A stretch of DNA of 64,000 nt from Callorhinchus milii. Lineage: Eukaryota. The notes under the pieces were generated by a model. The model saw only the letters and a program-made list of their open reading frames with translations. It was not told where the DNA came from and did no database searches. Positions 1-11,924 of the stretch are shown here, piece by piece (position 1 is the first letter of the stretch; every line of letters begins with the position of its first letter). The DNA is taken from the NCBI RefSeq assembly GCF_018977255.1, contig NW_024704742.1, positions 11,100,001 through 11,164,000 of the forward strand. The letters are read 5' to 3'. A program made the position numbers and the translations under genes.

Positions 1-215
1 TCATCTGAACCTCTCTTGTGACCTTTTGAACAGCCTTTGGTGGCCATGTGCGATTGACATCAGGCAAGTGGCTACTGGGGCTTCTTGAGGTTAGATGCTC
101 TTATCCCTTTGTTTTTCTGGTTGGTCCCAGGTGGATCTGTTATTGTATCTCATCCAGGCAGATGAGGATGATATTCTACTATCGGCTGTCGGGTCTCTGC
201 TCCTCCATTCCACAT

Positions 216-510
216 TCCTGTAGCTCAGTGGTTAGAGCACTCGCTTTGCAAGCGAGAGACCCGGGTTCGATTCCCAGCAGGGTCAAACCTTGGGCAAGTT
301 TTCTTACTCCAAACCCCTGATAATAATCCCTCAAGAAAAAACAATAATAAATTGGTCATTTTCAATCCACGTTTGTGAGACAATGCTGTGCGCAATTGGC
401 TGCCGCATTTTGCCCACAAATATATAGTCAATTCATTTTACAGTCTTCTGTGAAGCACTTTGAGACGTCTAGAAGACGTGAAAAGCCCTATATCAAATGC
501 AAGGATTACT
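216..510 (+). mobile_element. tRNA-derived CORE/Deu-type SINE, short body with intermediate tail
   Basis: A box TAGCTCAGTGG, anticodon arm CTCGC-TTTGCAA-GCGAG, B box GGTTCGATTCC, CCTTGGGCAAGT, Deu-like GCTGTGCGCAATTGGCTGCC, tail ATCAAATGCAAGGATTA. Confidence 0.9.
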
Positions 511-513
511 CGT

Positions 514-840
514 GGAGTCCTGTAGCTCAGTGGTTAGAGCACTCGCTTTGCAAGTGAGAGACCTGAGTTCAATTCCAGGCAGGGCGAGACCTTGGGCAAG
601 TTTCCTTACTCCACACGCCTAATAATAATCCCTCCAAAACCAAAAACAATAATAAATTGGTCATTTTCAATCCACGACTGTTTGTGGGACATTGCTGTGC
701 GCAATTAGCTGCCGCGTTCGCCCACAAATATACAGTCAATTCACTTTACAGTATATTCTGTGAAGCGCTTTGGGACGTCCTCCCGACGTGAAAAGCGCTA
801 TATCAAATGCAAGGATTATTATTATTATTATTATTATTAT
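514..840 (+). mobile_element. Young full-length tRNA/CORE/Deu SINE (SINE2-1_CM-like)
   Basis: GGAGTCCTGTAGCTCAGTGG head to (TAT)n tail; near-identical to copies at 3049, 28743, 45076, 54772. Family name is from memory. Confidence 0.92.
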
Positions 841-1037
841 TCCCCTTGCCTAGCTCCCTCCCATGCCTCCTTCAAGGCACGTATCAAGACTCTCCTCTTC
901 GACCGTGCCTTCAGCTACCTTGTACACATTCAGCTGGAGGAAGCTCGAGCTCATCCAGGATCCTGTGATCTTCCATAATCACGAAAATTGTGAATTGGAA
1001 ATAACTGCATATACTAAGTTTACTTGTGTAGTTTCCA

Positions 1038-1099
1038 TGTTGCCTCCAGGGCATTGGAACCCACATTACAATGTGGACTCCAAGGTACTGGAGGCAACA
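1038..1099. repeat. 62-nt gap-free palindrome/hairpin
   Basis: TGTTGCCTCCAG...CTGGAGGCAACA outer arms, TTGGA/TCCAA, CCACATT/AATGTGG; 25 Watson-Crick pairs plus 1 G-T out of 30. Confidence 0.9.
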
Positions 1100-1569
1100 G
1101 TCTTCAGGTACATCAGAACTGTTTTTATTTCAACCATTTCTATATATCCTGCAGTATAAACAAGGCATAGGTTTATTACCTCAGAGGGGTTTTGCATTGC
1201 ATTCTTTCTTTGCATTGATGTGCTGTAGAGATGCATCTGGCGCAATCCCAAAAGCTGAACGTGGTTAGATTTGAGATTGTCTCCAGCTGGAATAGATCAA
1301 TCCTTGTGTTTTCTCTCTGCGTCTCGATTACATTCACTTAACCTTGCTCTTAGTGATCTTTATGTTTCCTCTGATGTTCTCCCACATGCACAGCTAATGC
1401 TCTTAAACTCTTAGCTTATAGTCTTATGGAACTGTGCAAATACTGCAATGCTGAAGCAAACAGCCACTTATTTTATTGTTTTAAACAAAAGATACAAGGG
1501 ACAGACCAAAATGTAGTAGGGCTACTCAGCTTAATGAGATGTACAGGGCAATTTTTAAAAAAAATTATG

Positions 1570-1662
1570 TTAGTAGGTGGGATGTATAGAATTCTTGGAT
1601 TGGATACTTTTAAGCATAGTGACAGGTTTCCGCATGTATCAGGCACCCAGCTAACCAAAAAA
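1570..1662 (+). repeat. Terminal fragment of old unclassified interspersed repeat (family X)
   Basis: GTAGGTGGGAT...TTGGATACTTTTAAGCAT...TCAGGCACCCAGCTAACC-A-rich matches the ends of the 18300 and 19620 copies. Confidence 0.75.
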
Positions 1663-1789
1663 TAATGAAAAAATTGACTCTTTCAGGGACCATAAAGGAA
1701 AATGAGTGTATTAAAATAAATATATGTAGTACACATTTGTATTTATTGTACGGTATAGTACAAAAAGTGCAGGTTCTGCTTCCCAGTTC

Positions 1790-2721
1790 GCTCCTTCCTC
1801 TCCTGTCGTTCCCTTCACAAACCCCTCCAATCGGGTTTCCGTACTGCCCACAGCGCAGAAACAGCTTGGGTTAAAGTGACAAATAACATTTTATCCATCT
1901 GTGATCAGGGTTCCCTCTACCTCAACATCCTCCTGGACCTCTCTGCTGCCTTTGATACCATTGACCACTCTATCCTCCTCCACCACCTCTCCTCTCACCT
2001 CAACCTTCATGGTTCTGTCCTTGAATGTTTCAGATCCTATAATAATAATAATAATAATCCTTGCATTTGATATAGCACTTTTCACGTCGGGAGGACATCC
2101 CAAAGCGCTTCACAGAACACACTGTAAAGTGAATTGACTGTATATTTGTGGGCGATCGCGGCAGCCAATTGCGCACAGCAATGTCCCACAAACAGACGTA
2201 GATTGAAAATGACCAATTTATTATTGTTTTGGGTTTTGGAGGGATTATTATTAGGCTCTGTGTGGAGTAAGGAAACCTGCCCAAGGTTTCGCCCGCTGCC
2301 TGGAATTGAACTCAGGTCTCTCACTTGCAAAGCGAGTGCTCTAACCACTGAGTTACAGGACTCCACGTACCTCTCACACTGTCTCCACTTCATCTCCAAA
2401 AACGGTTTCTCCTTTAGCCCCCGCACTGTTTTGTGTGGTGTTCTTCAGGGCACTGTCCTTGGTCCCCTCCTCTTCAATATCTATATGCGCCCTCTTGGTG
2501 ACATCATCTGCAGACATGGGGTTAAATTCCAGGACCACTGCTATCCTGACAGAATGTCTGTCAGACATCAAGTCCTGGATGAGAGCTAACTTTCTACAGT
2601 TGAACATCAACAAGACCGAGACCCTCCTGATTGGCTTCCGTCAGCACCTCCACATCTCAGGCACTGACAACATCACCATCCATAGACCCACACTCTGTGG
2701 TGTCTTGTTTGACCCTCAACT
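1790..2721 (+). mobile_element. L2 LINE reverse-transcriptase fragment, split by a SINE
   Basis: [48 protein letters not shown] motifs with frameshifts and deletions. Confidence 0.9.
2039..2364 (-). mobile_element. Young full-length SINE inserted in L2
   Basis: Reverse complement of the 514-840 element; L2 sequence resumes on both sides. Confidence 0.92.
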
Positions 2722-2992
2722 GGCAGGGCGAAACCTTGGGCAAGTTTCCTTACTCCACACGCCTAATAATAATCCCTCCAAAAAACCAAAAACAATAATT
2801 AAATTGGTCATTTTTCAATCTACGACTGTTTGTGGGACATTGCTGTGCGCAATTGGCTGCCGCGTTCGCCCACAAATATACAGTCAATTCACTTTACAGT
2901 GTGTTCTGTGAAGCGCTTTGGGACGTCCTCCCGACGTGAAAAGCGCTATATCAAATGCAAGGATTATTATTATTATTATTATTATTATTATA
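2722..2992 (+). mobile_element. 5'-truncated young SINE
   Basis: Starts GGCAGGGCGAAACCTTGGGC, ends (TTA)n. Confidence 0.9.
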
Positions 2993-3048
2993 ACTGTCCT
3001 TTCTACGCCACATCTGTGCCATGACACAGTCAGTCAATTCACTTTAGT

Positions 3049-3370
3049 GGAGTCCTGTAGCTCAGTGGTTGAGCACTCGCTTTGCAAGAGAGAGACCTGA
3101 GTTCAATTCCAGGCAGAGGGCGAAACCTTGGGCAAGTTTCCTTACTCCACACGCCTAATAATAATCCCTCCAAAACCAAAAACAATAATAAATTGGTCAT
3201 TTTCAATCCACGACTGTTTGTGGGACATTGCTGTGCGCAATTGGCTGCCGCGTTCGCCCACAAATATACAGTCAATTCACTTTACAGTGTGTTCTGTGAA
3301 GCGCTTTGGGACGTCCTCCCGACGTGAAAAGCGCTATATCAAATGCAAGGATTATTATTATTATTATTAT
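3049..3370 (+). mobile_element. Young full-length SINE nested in an older SINE tail
   Basis: Full head to (TAT)n; flanks CAGTCAATTCACTTTA (3031-3046) and CAATATATTCTG...AAATGCAAGGATT are the split halves of an older copy. Confidence 0.92.
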
Positions 3371-3999
3371 ATTTACAATATATTCTGCCTCAACGACATG
3401 ATAAGGCTCTATATTAAATGCAAGGATTGTTGTTATAATTTCATTATTTTTCCTCAGATTATTCTTTACTTATTTTCTCCATTTGTTGTATTTCCTTCCT
3501 TCATCCCTTTCCTTATTGAATGGAAAGCTCAAACTGAACATTGTTGTGGTCAGGCCAAGCTCAACTTAATTCTCGTCAGAATTCAATGAGGCATACAATT
3601 AAAGTAACCTTGAAATACTCTGTTAGTTTGGTGCATTCCAGCCCTTGAGCTGATCTCAGTCGGTATTATTATTTAATGTAAGAATTCCCCTTCGATCTGG
3701 AATCACGAGTCTTGTCTCATTTGCACAAAGTGGTTTGTCTACTGCAGATTGAATGGCACCAGTGGGTACACATTAGGACATAGAAGCTTTAAATCTATAC
3801 TTTTGTAATAAAGTCATAGGGTTATCAAACCAAACTGAAACAGCCAGCAGGTAAGAGACCATATAAAAGGTATGTAATGTCTATTTTCTAGAAGTAAAGG
3901 AACATTTGGAAATGGGACATGTTTACGCCTTTCATATTCCATGTTATAATTTACAACAGATAATAATCCTTGCATTTGATATAGTGCACCCAGAACAGA

Positions 4000-4655
4000 A
4001 CTTTTGTGTCCTGTTAAATCCTCAGCAGTCCTTCAAACTCCACATCCATGCTGTGACCCATTCTGCCTTCCCCATGTTCACAATATTTTCCACCTCTGCC
4101 ACTGCCTTTCTCCCCCGGGTCCTGAGAACCTTATTCATGCATTTGTTATGTCCAGGCTCAACTATGCAAACTCACTGCTCTCCACAAGATGCAGATTATT
4201 CAAAATGCTACAGCTTGTCTCCTCCCATACCAAGCTCTCTAAACCGATCACCTCCATCCCCACCCAGCTTCACTGGCTCGCCATCCCTCGGAGGATTAAG
4301 TTTAAAATCCTCGTCCTCACTTTTAAAGTCCTCCACAGTCATGTTCCTCCCTACCTCTGTGATCTCTTAACACCATATCAACCTGTCCACTGGCCTGCTC
4401 CATGTCCCCTGCCCATTGATGGACTGGCCTTCAGTGTTTCTGCCCCCTCCCACTGGAACTCCATCCCCGAATCCCTCCACCTCGCCCCCTCCCTTGTTGC
4501 CTCCTTCAAGGCCAGTCTCAAGACCTTCCTCTTTCATCATGCCTTCAACCATACTCCACTTGTTTCCAACTCTCAAGTCTGCTGCAAACCCATAACTGGC
4601 CAGCACCTCAAGACATCCGTCCAATATGAAATATGCTATATAAATGTAAGTTGTT
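4000..4655 (+). mobile_element. L2 LINE 3' fragment
   Basis: LIHAFVMSRLNYANSLL, LHWLAIPRRIKFKILVLTFK, FKASLKTFLF; tail ATAAATGTAAGTTGTTG. Confidence 0.9.
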
Positions 4656-4845
4656 GGTGCTTTGTCACCTCGTCGAGATGTCTTCAGGCACATCACAGAA
4701 TTGTACTGTGAAGTGTAGTGACTGTGTATTGTTGAGCGAATGCAGCAGGCAATTTGCACACAACGATGTTCCACAAGTAACTGTGAAATGAATGTTCAAT
4801 TTAACAGGAGGATTATTGGCCAGGACACTGGGAGAAACTGCTTTC
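4656..4845 (-). mobile_element. Old SacSINE1/Deu-type SINE fragment
   Basis: GAAGTGTAGTGACTG...GCAGCAGGCAATTTGCACACA...TTGGCCAGGACACTGGGAGAA Deu-domain pattern. Confidence 0.65.
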
Positions 4846-6147
4846 GATCTACAACAACAACAATTTGCATTTATATAGCACCCTTCGTGTGGGGTAGCAT
4901 CTCGGAGGGCTTAGTTGGAATGGTTTTGTTTTTTGAATCTCAAATTCTATTGCAGCTGAAAGGAAGTTGTTCCTCTTTTAATGTTAGCAATATGGGTTAT
5001 ATTAATAGAACCAGTACTTTTCAGGCATATTTTACACTTTCTAGCTGGTGATGCTTTATTTTCTCAATATGTATTAATGGCCACAGTTGTAAATTAAAAT
5101 ATAAACCAATTAACGCCATGTGAATTTCTAGAGCATGGAAATGCATAGTCAGCAGAGCATTTTATTGTAGATATTTTAAAGATTCAAAGGCTTCTTGTTC
5201 ATCTGATAGTGCCTTCGGTCACCCTCCCCCCTCCCCCGGCTCAGTGTCAGACTCTGCCACTGTTAAGCAATCCGAGCTACCTTGAATGAAGGGTGTTATA
5301 TAAATGAAAGTTATTGTTTAATCTAATTCAGGATGTTAAAAAATAACCTTGCCTGGTCCTACAACTGCATTGAAATGAGGGAACACAATTGTCAAAAAGG
5401 AGCAGCACTGCAATAATCCAAGGCACTGTTGTTTGGCCAGCATGTCTGGCTCGCCAATATAGTCAGGACCTCAATCCTGCAAATCAAAGGATTAACAGAT
5501 AGGAAGGAGGGTTGTAGTTGGACAAGTTCTGTGCTTGCTGTCACCATTAAAAATAACCACCATTGCATACAATGGGCTTTCAGCCTGCAGGAAGCCAGGG
5601 TTCTCCTTTGTATTTTGATACACATCTCTGAAAGAAGACCTGCTGGCAGTGGGCTTTTTGAATTGCTGTTTTGTTCTGCCCTAGAATAACCAGCTTTATG
5701 CTATGCTGAGTATTTCACAATGTTCTCATTACATTCCAGTGGAGCAGCCGTCAGACAGTCGCCAATTTTCAATTGAAGATCTTGTGCGCAATAGAATTGC
5801 TGAGTAATTCTAATTGGGTACGACAAAGCTTATCAGTGGAGTGTACACAGTATGTTTGAAAGCTCAGAGGAGTTGTATTGAAATACCTTCGGAATCTGCT
5901 TCAGGGCGTTCATTCCTTTGTAGCTCGAGCTAAGTATAGTGAAGTATAAAAATCTAAAAATCAGAGCAGAATGGTTAGTGTTCAGCATGCTAATGTACAT
6001 GGTGGGGTGAGGGGAGGGGGTCAAGCTACATCGGAACAAGGCTTTTCTGCTGGTGCTGCACTATTTACAGATACTAATGTGCTGTCATGTCAAATAATTG
6101 TTGCCATTGCCCTGCAATTGTCTTTGGAAAAGAGGTTTATAATAATG

Positions 6148-6305
6148 ATAATCCTTGCATTGGATAAAGTGCCTTATTACAACTTCGCGATGTCTCAAAA
6201 CGCTTCACAGAATATACTGTCAAGTGAATTGACTATACATTTTGTGGGCAAAACGTGGCAGCCAATTGCGTACAGCAGCTCCACAAACAGTCGTGGATTG
6301 ATGGG
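6148..6305 (-). mobile_element. SINE 3' half
   Basis: ATAATCCTTGCATT...GTGAATTGACTAT...GCAGCCAATTGCG. Confidence 0.8.
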
Positions 6306-6424
6306 CTGAATGATCTTTTCATTTCCACACTTACATATATTCCACTTTCTTGATTATACAGTTCTAGTAGTCCTTTACCTAAAGCCTGAGTCAAATAAAA
6401 TTTGCTAACAGAATGCAAAGTCAT

Positions 6425-7950
6425 CTGAAACAAAAACAGAAGTTGCTGAGAACACTCAGCATCTATGGAGAAAGAAAAGTGAGTCAACGTTTCAGGTCCA
6501 CAATCCTTCATTGGAACTGGGGCATGTAGGGAGAGAGATGTTTTAAGGTCTAACAGAGAGGGGGGAAGACAGAGCAAGGCAGGCAATGGAGAAAGTGGGA
6601 TAGAGGACAGGGGATGATGGGTTAACGAGGTGTTAATGATGCAAAACAAAATGGGAGATTGTAACAAAACAGGGGAAAAGAGGTGTTAATAATGCAAAAC
6701 AAAATGGGAAGGAATTGCAACAAAACAGGCAGACCAGAGAGAGAAAACGTGTATCTAGGACCCAGATGATGTGGTAATGGTCACAGAAGAGAGGGAGGAG
6801 GAAGGTGAACTGTTATGGTCTGAAATTATTGAAATCAATATTGAGGACAGGGGGCTGTAAGGTCTCTAGGAAATAGATGAGGTGCGGTTCCTCGAGCTTG
6901 GACTGTGGTTCATTGGAACATCATAGGAGACCATGGATGGAGAGGTCAGAATGCGAATGGGAGGGAGAGTTGAAGCGGCAAGAAACCGGAAGCTCAGGGT
7001 TGTTCTTGCAGACAGAACAGAGGTGTTTGGCAAAACAGTCACCAAATCTGCGTTTGGTTTCCCCATTGTAGAAGAGACCACATTGTGAGCAGTGAATACA
7101 GTAAACTACATTGGTGGCAGTACTTGTGAATCCCTGTCTCACTTGAACACTGTGTTTGGAGCCCTGAGAAGAGGTGAAAGCGCAGGTATTTCATCTCCTG
7201 CGCTGGCAAGAGAAGGTGCCGGGGGAAGGAGAGCAACTGCTTTGCGACCACATCACTCCCACCCTCGCTCGCCTCCACTGGCTCACCATCCCCCAGAGGA
7301 TCAAATTCAAGATCCTCATCCTCACCTACAAGGCCATTCACGGCCTTGCTCCCTCCTACCTCTCTGACCTACTATCCCCCTACCTACCCGCCCGTACCCT
7401 CCGTTCCTCTGGCTCCGGTCTGCTCCACACCCCTCGCCCCAACCGCCCTACTATCGGTGGCCGGGCCATCAGCCTCTCAGCCCCTAGGCTCTGGAACTCC
7501 AACCCCCAGTGCCTTCGCCTTGCCTCCTCCCTTTCCTCCTTCAACGCCGGTCTCAAGACCTTTCTCTTTGACGGTGCCTTCAGCTCCCCTCTCGACTCTC
7601 TACCCCCTCCTCGCTCCCTCCCTTCTCTCCCCTCACCCTGACCATTTCGCCCCTGCTCGGGTCCTGACCCAACTGTACAGCACCTTGGGACGTCCTCCAG
7701 ACGTGAAAGGCGCTCTATCAATGGAATCTTGTTGTTGTTGTAGTGACGGAGGAATGAACCAGGGAGTCACGGAGTGAACGGCCCCATCAGAATGCTGAGA
7801 AATGAGGGGAGGGAAAGATATTTTTGGTGGTTAGATCACGCTGGAGGTGCCGGAAATGGTGGAGAATTATTTGTAGGATGTTGAGGTTGATGGGGTGGAA
7901 GGTGAGGGCTAGGGGGACCCTATCATGGTTCTGGGAAGAGGGGGAAGGGA
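6425..7950 (-). mobile_element. Decayed Penelope-like retroelement (GIY-YIG endonuclease, linker and pLTR end), split by an L2 insertion
   Basis: FTSTATNVVYCIHCSQCGLFYNGETKRRFGDCFAKH...PVSCRFNSPSH (6921-7142); RVPLALTFHP..ILHHFRHLQRD linker at 7743-7925; pLTR end with degenerate hammerhead at 6481-6520. Confidence 0.88.
7238..7741 (+). mobile_element. Well-preserved L2 3' end inserted in Penelope
   Basis: DHITPTLARLHWLTIPQRIKFKILILTYKA...APRLWNS...LKTFLF; stem-loop tail GGGACGTCCTCCAGACGTGAAAGGCGC plus (TTG)n. Confidence 0.93.
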
Positions 7951-8182
7951 TGAGGGCTACCAACTTGCTACCAACCTGCTAAAATTTGCTACCAACTGTG
8001 TTGAATGTGTGATAATGATAATGAGAGAAGGAAACTATTTGTACAATACTAATCCTCATCCAATTTCCACTCATACACATGTTAATAATAATAGTATTTG
8101 CGTTTGATCTAGCACATCTCACCATAAGTTGTGACTTCTACAATAATAATTATTAAGTAAAGCGACTGTATATTTATAGATG

Positions 8183-8563
8183 GGCCTTGCCCCTCCTAAC
8201 TCTCTATCCTGCTGACTCCCTACCAACCTGCCTGCTCCCTCCATTCAGCGGGCTCCGGTCTGCTCCGTGTCTCCCACTCGACCCGCCCTACCATCGGTGG
8301 CCGGGCCTTCAGCCTCTCTGCCCCCACACCCGGGAACTCCATCCCATAGTCCCTTTGCCTCGCTTCCTCCCTTGCCTCCTTCGAGGCCAGTCTGAAGACC
8401 CTCCTCTTCAATCGTGCCTTTGGTCACCCTCCCACCTCCCTGCCTTCCCTCACCTCTACCTCACCCCTCCCTCATACTCGGGTCCTGACCCCTGACTGTC
8501 CATTGCCTTGAGGCACCCTCCCAACGTGAAAGGTGCTCTATAAATGTAATTTTGTTGTTGTTG
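8183..8563 (+). mobile_element. L2 3' fragment
   Basis: Same family as 7238-7741; ends ATAAATGTAATTTTGTTGTTG. Confidence 0.85.
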
Positions 8564-8869
8564 TGTAGCCAATTTGCACAGAGCAATATCCTACAAACAG
8601 CCTGTGACAGCCAGAGAAATAATCTTCTCTTTATAAATAGTTCCATTGGTTATTTAAAATCTACCCAAATAGGCAGGTGAGATCAATTTAACGTCTCATC
8701 TGAAAGATGCAATCTTCAACAAAGCATTGCTTCTCCATCACAAGGAGCACTCTGAGAGGCCGTCTGGCGTGAAGGGTGCTATATAAATGCAAGTTATTGT
8801 TGTTGTTGCATTGATAGGTCAGACTGTGCACAAATTGCCAAACATGGAGCTTGAACCTATACAGGACTC

Positions 8870-9170
8870 CACTTTGTTGTCGGAGAGGGCGTTCTTCAGT
8901 TGAGACATTAAATTGAGGTCCCATCTGTTTCTTCAGGTAGACATTAAACGTGACACAGTACTACTCTAAAATAGAAGGGAGTCCTGTTCAAAACAATCCT
9001 CCAAATACAATTTATCACTCACGTTGTGGTTGTTTGTGGTGCATTACTTTGGGAAAGTTAGCTGTTGCATTGACCTACAAATACACAGTCACTACACTGT
9101 AAAATTCTGTGAATCACTTTCAAACCTTTCAACAATGAGAAAGGCACTTTATCAAATACAAGAATTGTTA
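8870..9170 (+). mobile_element. Old SacSINE1/Deu-type SINE
   Basis: CTTCAGTTGAGACATTAAATTGAGGTCCCATCTG...CAGGTAGACATTAAA...CAGTCACTACAC...TGTGAATCACTTT. Confidence 0.6.
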
Positions 9171-9284
9171 TGATAATAAATTCATTATACGATAATAACA
9201 AGCTTAGTAAAATTGATTACCTGTTGTGGTTTATTTATTATCATTTTAATAAATGATAAATACAGGACTTATAGTCACTGGGGG

Positions 9285-9770
9285 GCAGAAATTCTTCCCA
9301 CTTGGCTCCTGTTAACCCTACTAACCAACACCCTAATGAATAGGGTGGTGCTAGTTAGACAAGCAACAAGTAGCTTGCTAGAAATTGCCTAAACTCCAGC
9401 AGTACCCCAATTCACGCGCTAGGTTTTCCAAACCGTGGCAGCCTGTGCTGAATATTGTATGCGATAGTGGATTGCTTTCCGGGGGTAATAAAAAAAATTC
9501 ATAATAATTTGGTCACACAATCCACGATTGTTTGTGGCACATTATAATGCGCAATTAGCTTCTGCCTTTTGCCGACAAAGTATATAGTCAATTCACTTTA
9601 CAGTATATTCTGTGAAGCACTTTGAGACACCTCAACAATGTGATAAGGTACTATATCAAATTCAAGGATTGTTATTATTATTATCATTATATTTGGAACT
9701 CACAGCAGTGTGATCAGATATTCTTAAGCCTGGTGATGGTTTTTACATCTGACGAACACCCAAGAACAAT
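9285..9770 (+). repeat. Family X fragment interrupted by a SINE 3' half (9460-9690)
   Basis: CCCACTTGGCTCCTGTTAACCCT...CTCCAGCAGTACCCC and GATATTCTTAAGCCTGGTGATGG match the 17900-18300 and 19240-19620 copies. Confidence 0.65.
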
Positions 9771-10624
9771 ACTACATTAAATTATTTAGTTTTTATTTGC
9801 TTTTTCTATCCACTTGGGTCAAGCAAGTTGAAAAGAAATTGAAATTGAAAGTTGAATTAAACTTTATTATGAAATTAATAAGTCCTATTACTTTTCTCAT
9901 TATCGTTATTAGTGCTTTTGATAAGATTAAATTTTGCTGTAGTGAACCAGGTAATTATGTTTACGTGCACACTGTACAGTGAATTAGGTCTTGCAAGAAA
10001 AACTTCATTATCTCTGGGTATCCTGTTAGCAATGATGAATCTATAACTTCATTATGGAATCCAAAACAATTGAGATCATTCATAGCGAATAAACTGTATG
10101 ATATATGTTTTGTGCCAAAAAAAAGTGTGAATTAATTTTGCTGAAATTTGAGGCAAGTGATTTGATTGGAAGAAGGGTATTATATCCAGACATGGAAAAT
10201 TAGTAAACCTTGAATGCCATGCTCTAAATATTTTCTGTTATAATAATATATTGAGCTTGCATAAATATTCAGCAATTGAATATTGTTAGTAATGGCCCAT
10301 GCAGGATATAACTTGAAAAGGATTGGAGGGTTTTCAGAAGTGGAATCCTTGTGGAGTTGCAAAAATACTTTTTATAACGATAAAAGTGTTTTGCCTGTAA
10401 AATATTCCTTGTTTTGGGATATGATTGAGATTCTGCACAGCAAATTTCTCTCTCCATTTTTCTTTATCATCATCTTTTCGGTCTCCTTTCAAACAAATGA
10501 AAACCAGAGGAGATGAGCATTTGTGGATCAAATGAGAGATAAAAGATCTGCAAATGTTGACTGATGGGCAAAGGCAGTACCAGTAAGCTATTACAGACTT
10601 CAACATTGCAAATTTGGAGCTTAG

Positions 10625-10745
10625 TTTGTTGAATTATCAGATGTTAGCAGAGGCAACATTTGGTCTTCTATTGGCCTTGGGACTACTTGGGTTAAGGAAG
10701 AAAAATTCACTTAGGGTTTCTTCTCCTGATCACTATCCAGAAATT
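10625..10745 (+). mobile_element. AmnSINE2-like SINE fragment
   Basis: ATTGGCCTT...GGGTTAAGGAAGAAAAATTCACTTAGGGTTTCTTCTCCTGATCACTATCCAG; matches the reverse copies at 38725 and 62778. Name from recalled consensus. Confidence 0.55.
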
Positions 10746-11114
10746 TCTACACAGTAGACAAAAAGCGAGGTAGCATTCTATCAAAGGGCACTATAACATG
10801 CACTCACCTTCTATCGAAACAGTACATCTCAAGACTCTACTCGGTGCCAATTCACGCATTATTTACTCAAAAGTGATGAGATCAAAAGTCTCGGGTTGTC
10901 TTTTTGGGAAAAATGTTATGCAAAATATATTGCCTTTTAAATCTCACAGCAACTAGAGATAATTTGAGAGATTGTAGACAGAGCATGATTTCTAGTCAGG
11001 ATTTACTATTAACATCAAGCAGGAAAAGGCTTAATCTGTAAATACCCAAGGAGTATGCATGATACCCACAGTGTAATGCACTGTTATATTAGTTCTCTAT
11101 ACCTTGTCACATCT

Positions 11115-11245
11115 GTCCTCCATGAGGGTTGGTGAGGGAAGATAAGCGGGGTCTCCTTGATGCTGAACTGGCTCCAAGATGACATGCCTGGCAATGGAAC
11201 GTTGGAATCGAGCCAGTAGTCTGTGGCAGTCTTGGTATCTATCTT
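11115..11245 (+). repeat. Family X internal fragment (uninterrupted version of the CR1 insertion site)
   Basis: CTGAACTGGCTCCAAGATGACATGCCTGGCAATGGAA...TGTGGCAGT aligns across the 15896-15920 / 17751-17795 junction. Confidence 0.7.
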
Positions 11246-11924
11246 ACTCATTGAATTCTACTGATTGGACAGCTGAAAGAATGGAGATTTGTCAGCAGTT
11301 AGCTTCTCGTAAGTCACGCCTTGATGAAGCTCACATATGTTTGTTCTTCGTATTCATTTGCTAATTGCATGAATGATTATGGTTATATTCTGACATTTGA
11401 CCTTGTTAATTGTGTATCAAATCTCTAAACTGCAACAACCACAACATGAGGAATTCTTATAACCCACTCACTTTTCTTCAGAGCATTCATATTGGGTCTC
11501 AGATAGATTTCTCATTTGTAAGGCTTTTCTGAGAAATCTAAACCTTTATCTACAAAATACAGTCACTGCACTTTACAGTAAATCCCGTAAAGTGCTTTGA
11601 GATATCTTCCTGTTGTAAAAGATGCCATATCTTTTGCAAGGATTGTTTTTTAATTAAGAATGTCTGACAGGTATTCTGTAAAACATGGTAGTCATGCGTG
11701 TAGTTTTGGCGGGCCACTCCAAGCAAGTATATATTCTGTGAAGCACTTTGAGATGTCTCGAATACCTGATAAGGCGCTATATCAAATGCAAGGATTATTA
11801 TTATTATTTACACAGAGCTGATATAGGGCACATCCTAGTGAATACCAGAAGCCATCAGGAGATTATGCCGTGGTTCACTATTTATCCTATTCACAATTAC
11901 TTTCACAAAATCACAAGGTCACAA

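Noticed and set aside
216..290. tRNA-Ala(TGC) genes at the SINE heads
   Set aside because: Each continues directly into SINE body and tail, lacks G3:U70 and has a damaged T or acceptor stem; these are SINE heads, not tRNA genes.
3128..3589. Recurrent ORFs such as MGKFPYSTRLIIIPPK...CKDYYYY looking like a multigene family
   Set aside because: Chance translations of the same SINE; poly-Y, poly-I and poly-N come from (TAT)n tails.
4004..4711. Longest ORF (235 aa) as a host gene
   Set aside because: Decayed L2 ORF2 C-terminus running into its 3'UTR.
6481..6520. Second functional hammerhead
   Set aside because: Core mutated (CCAAUGA instead of CUGAUGA) and stem II mismatched.
6627..6730. ~52-bp tandem repeat resembling an array
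   Set aside because: Two-unit duplication inside the Penelope 3' region; no spacers, not CRISPR-like.
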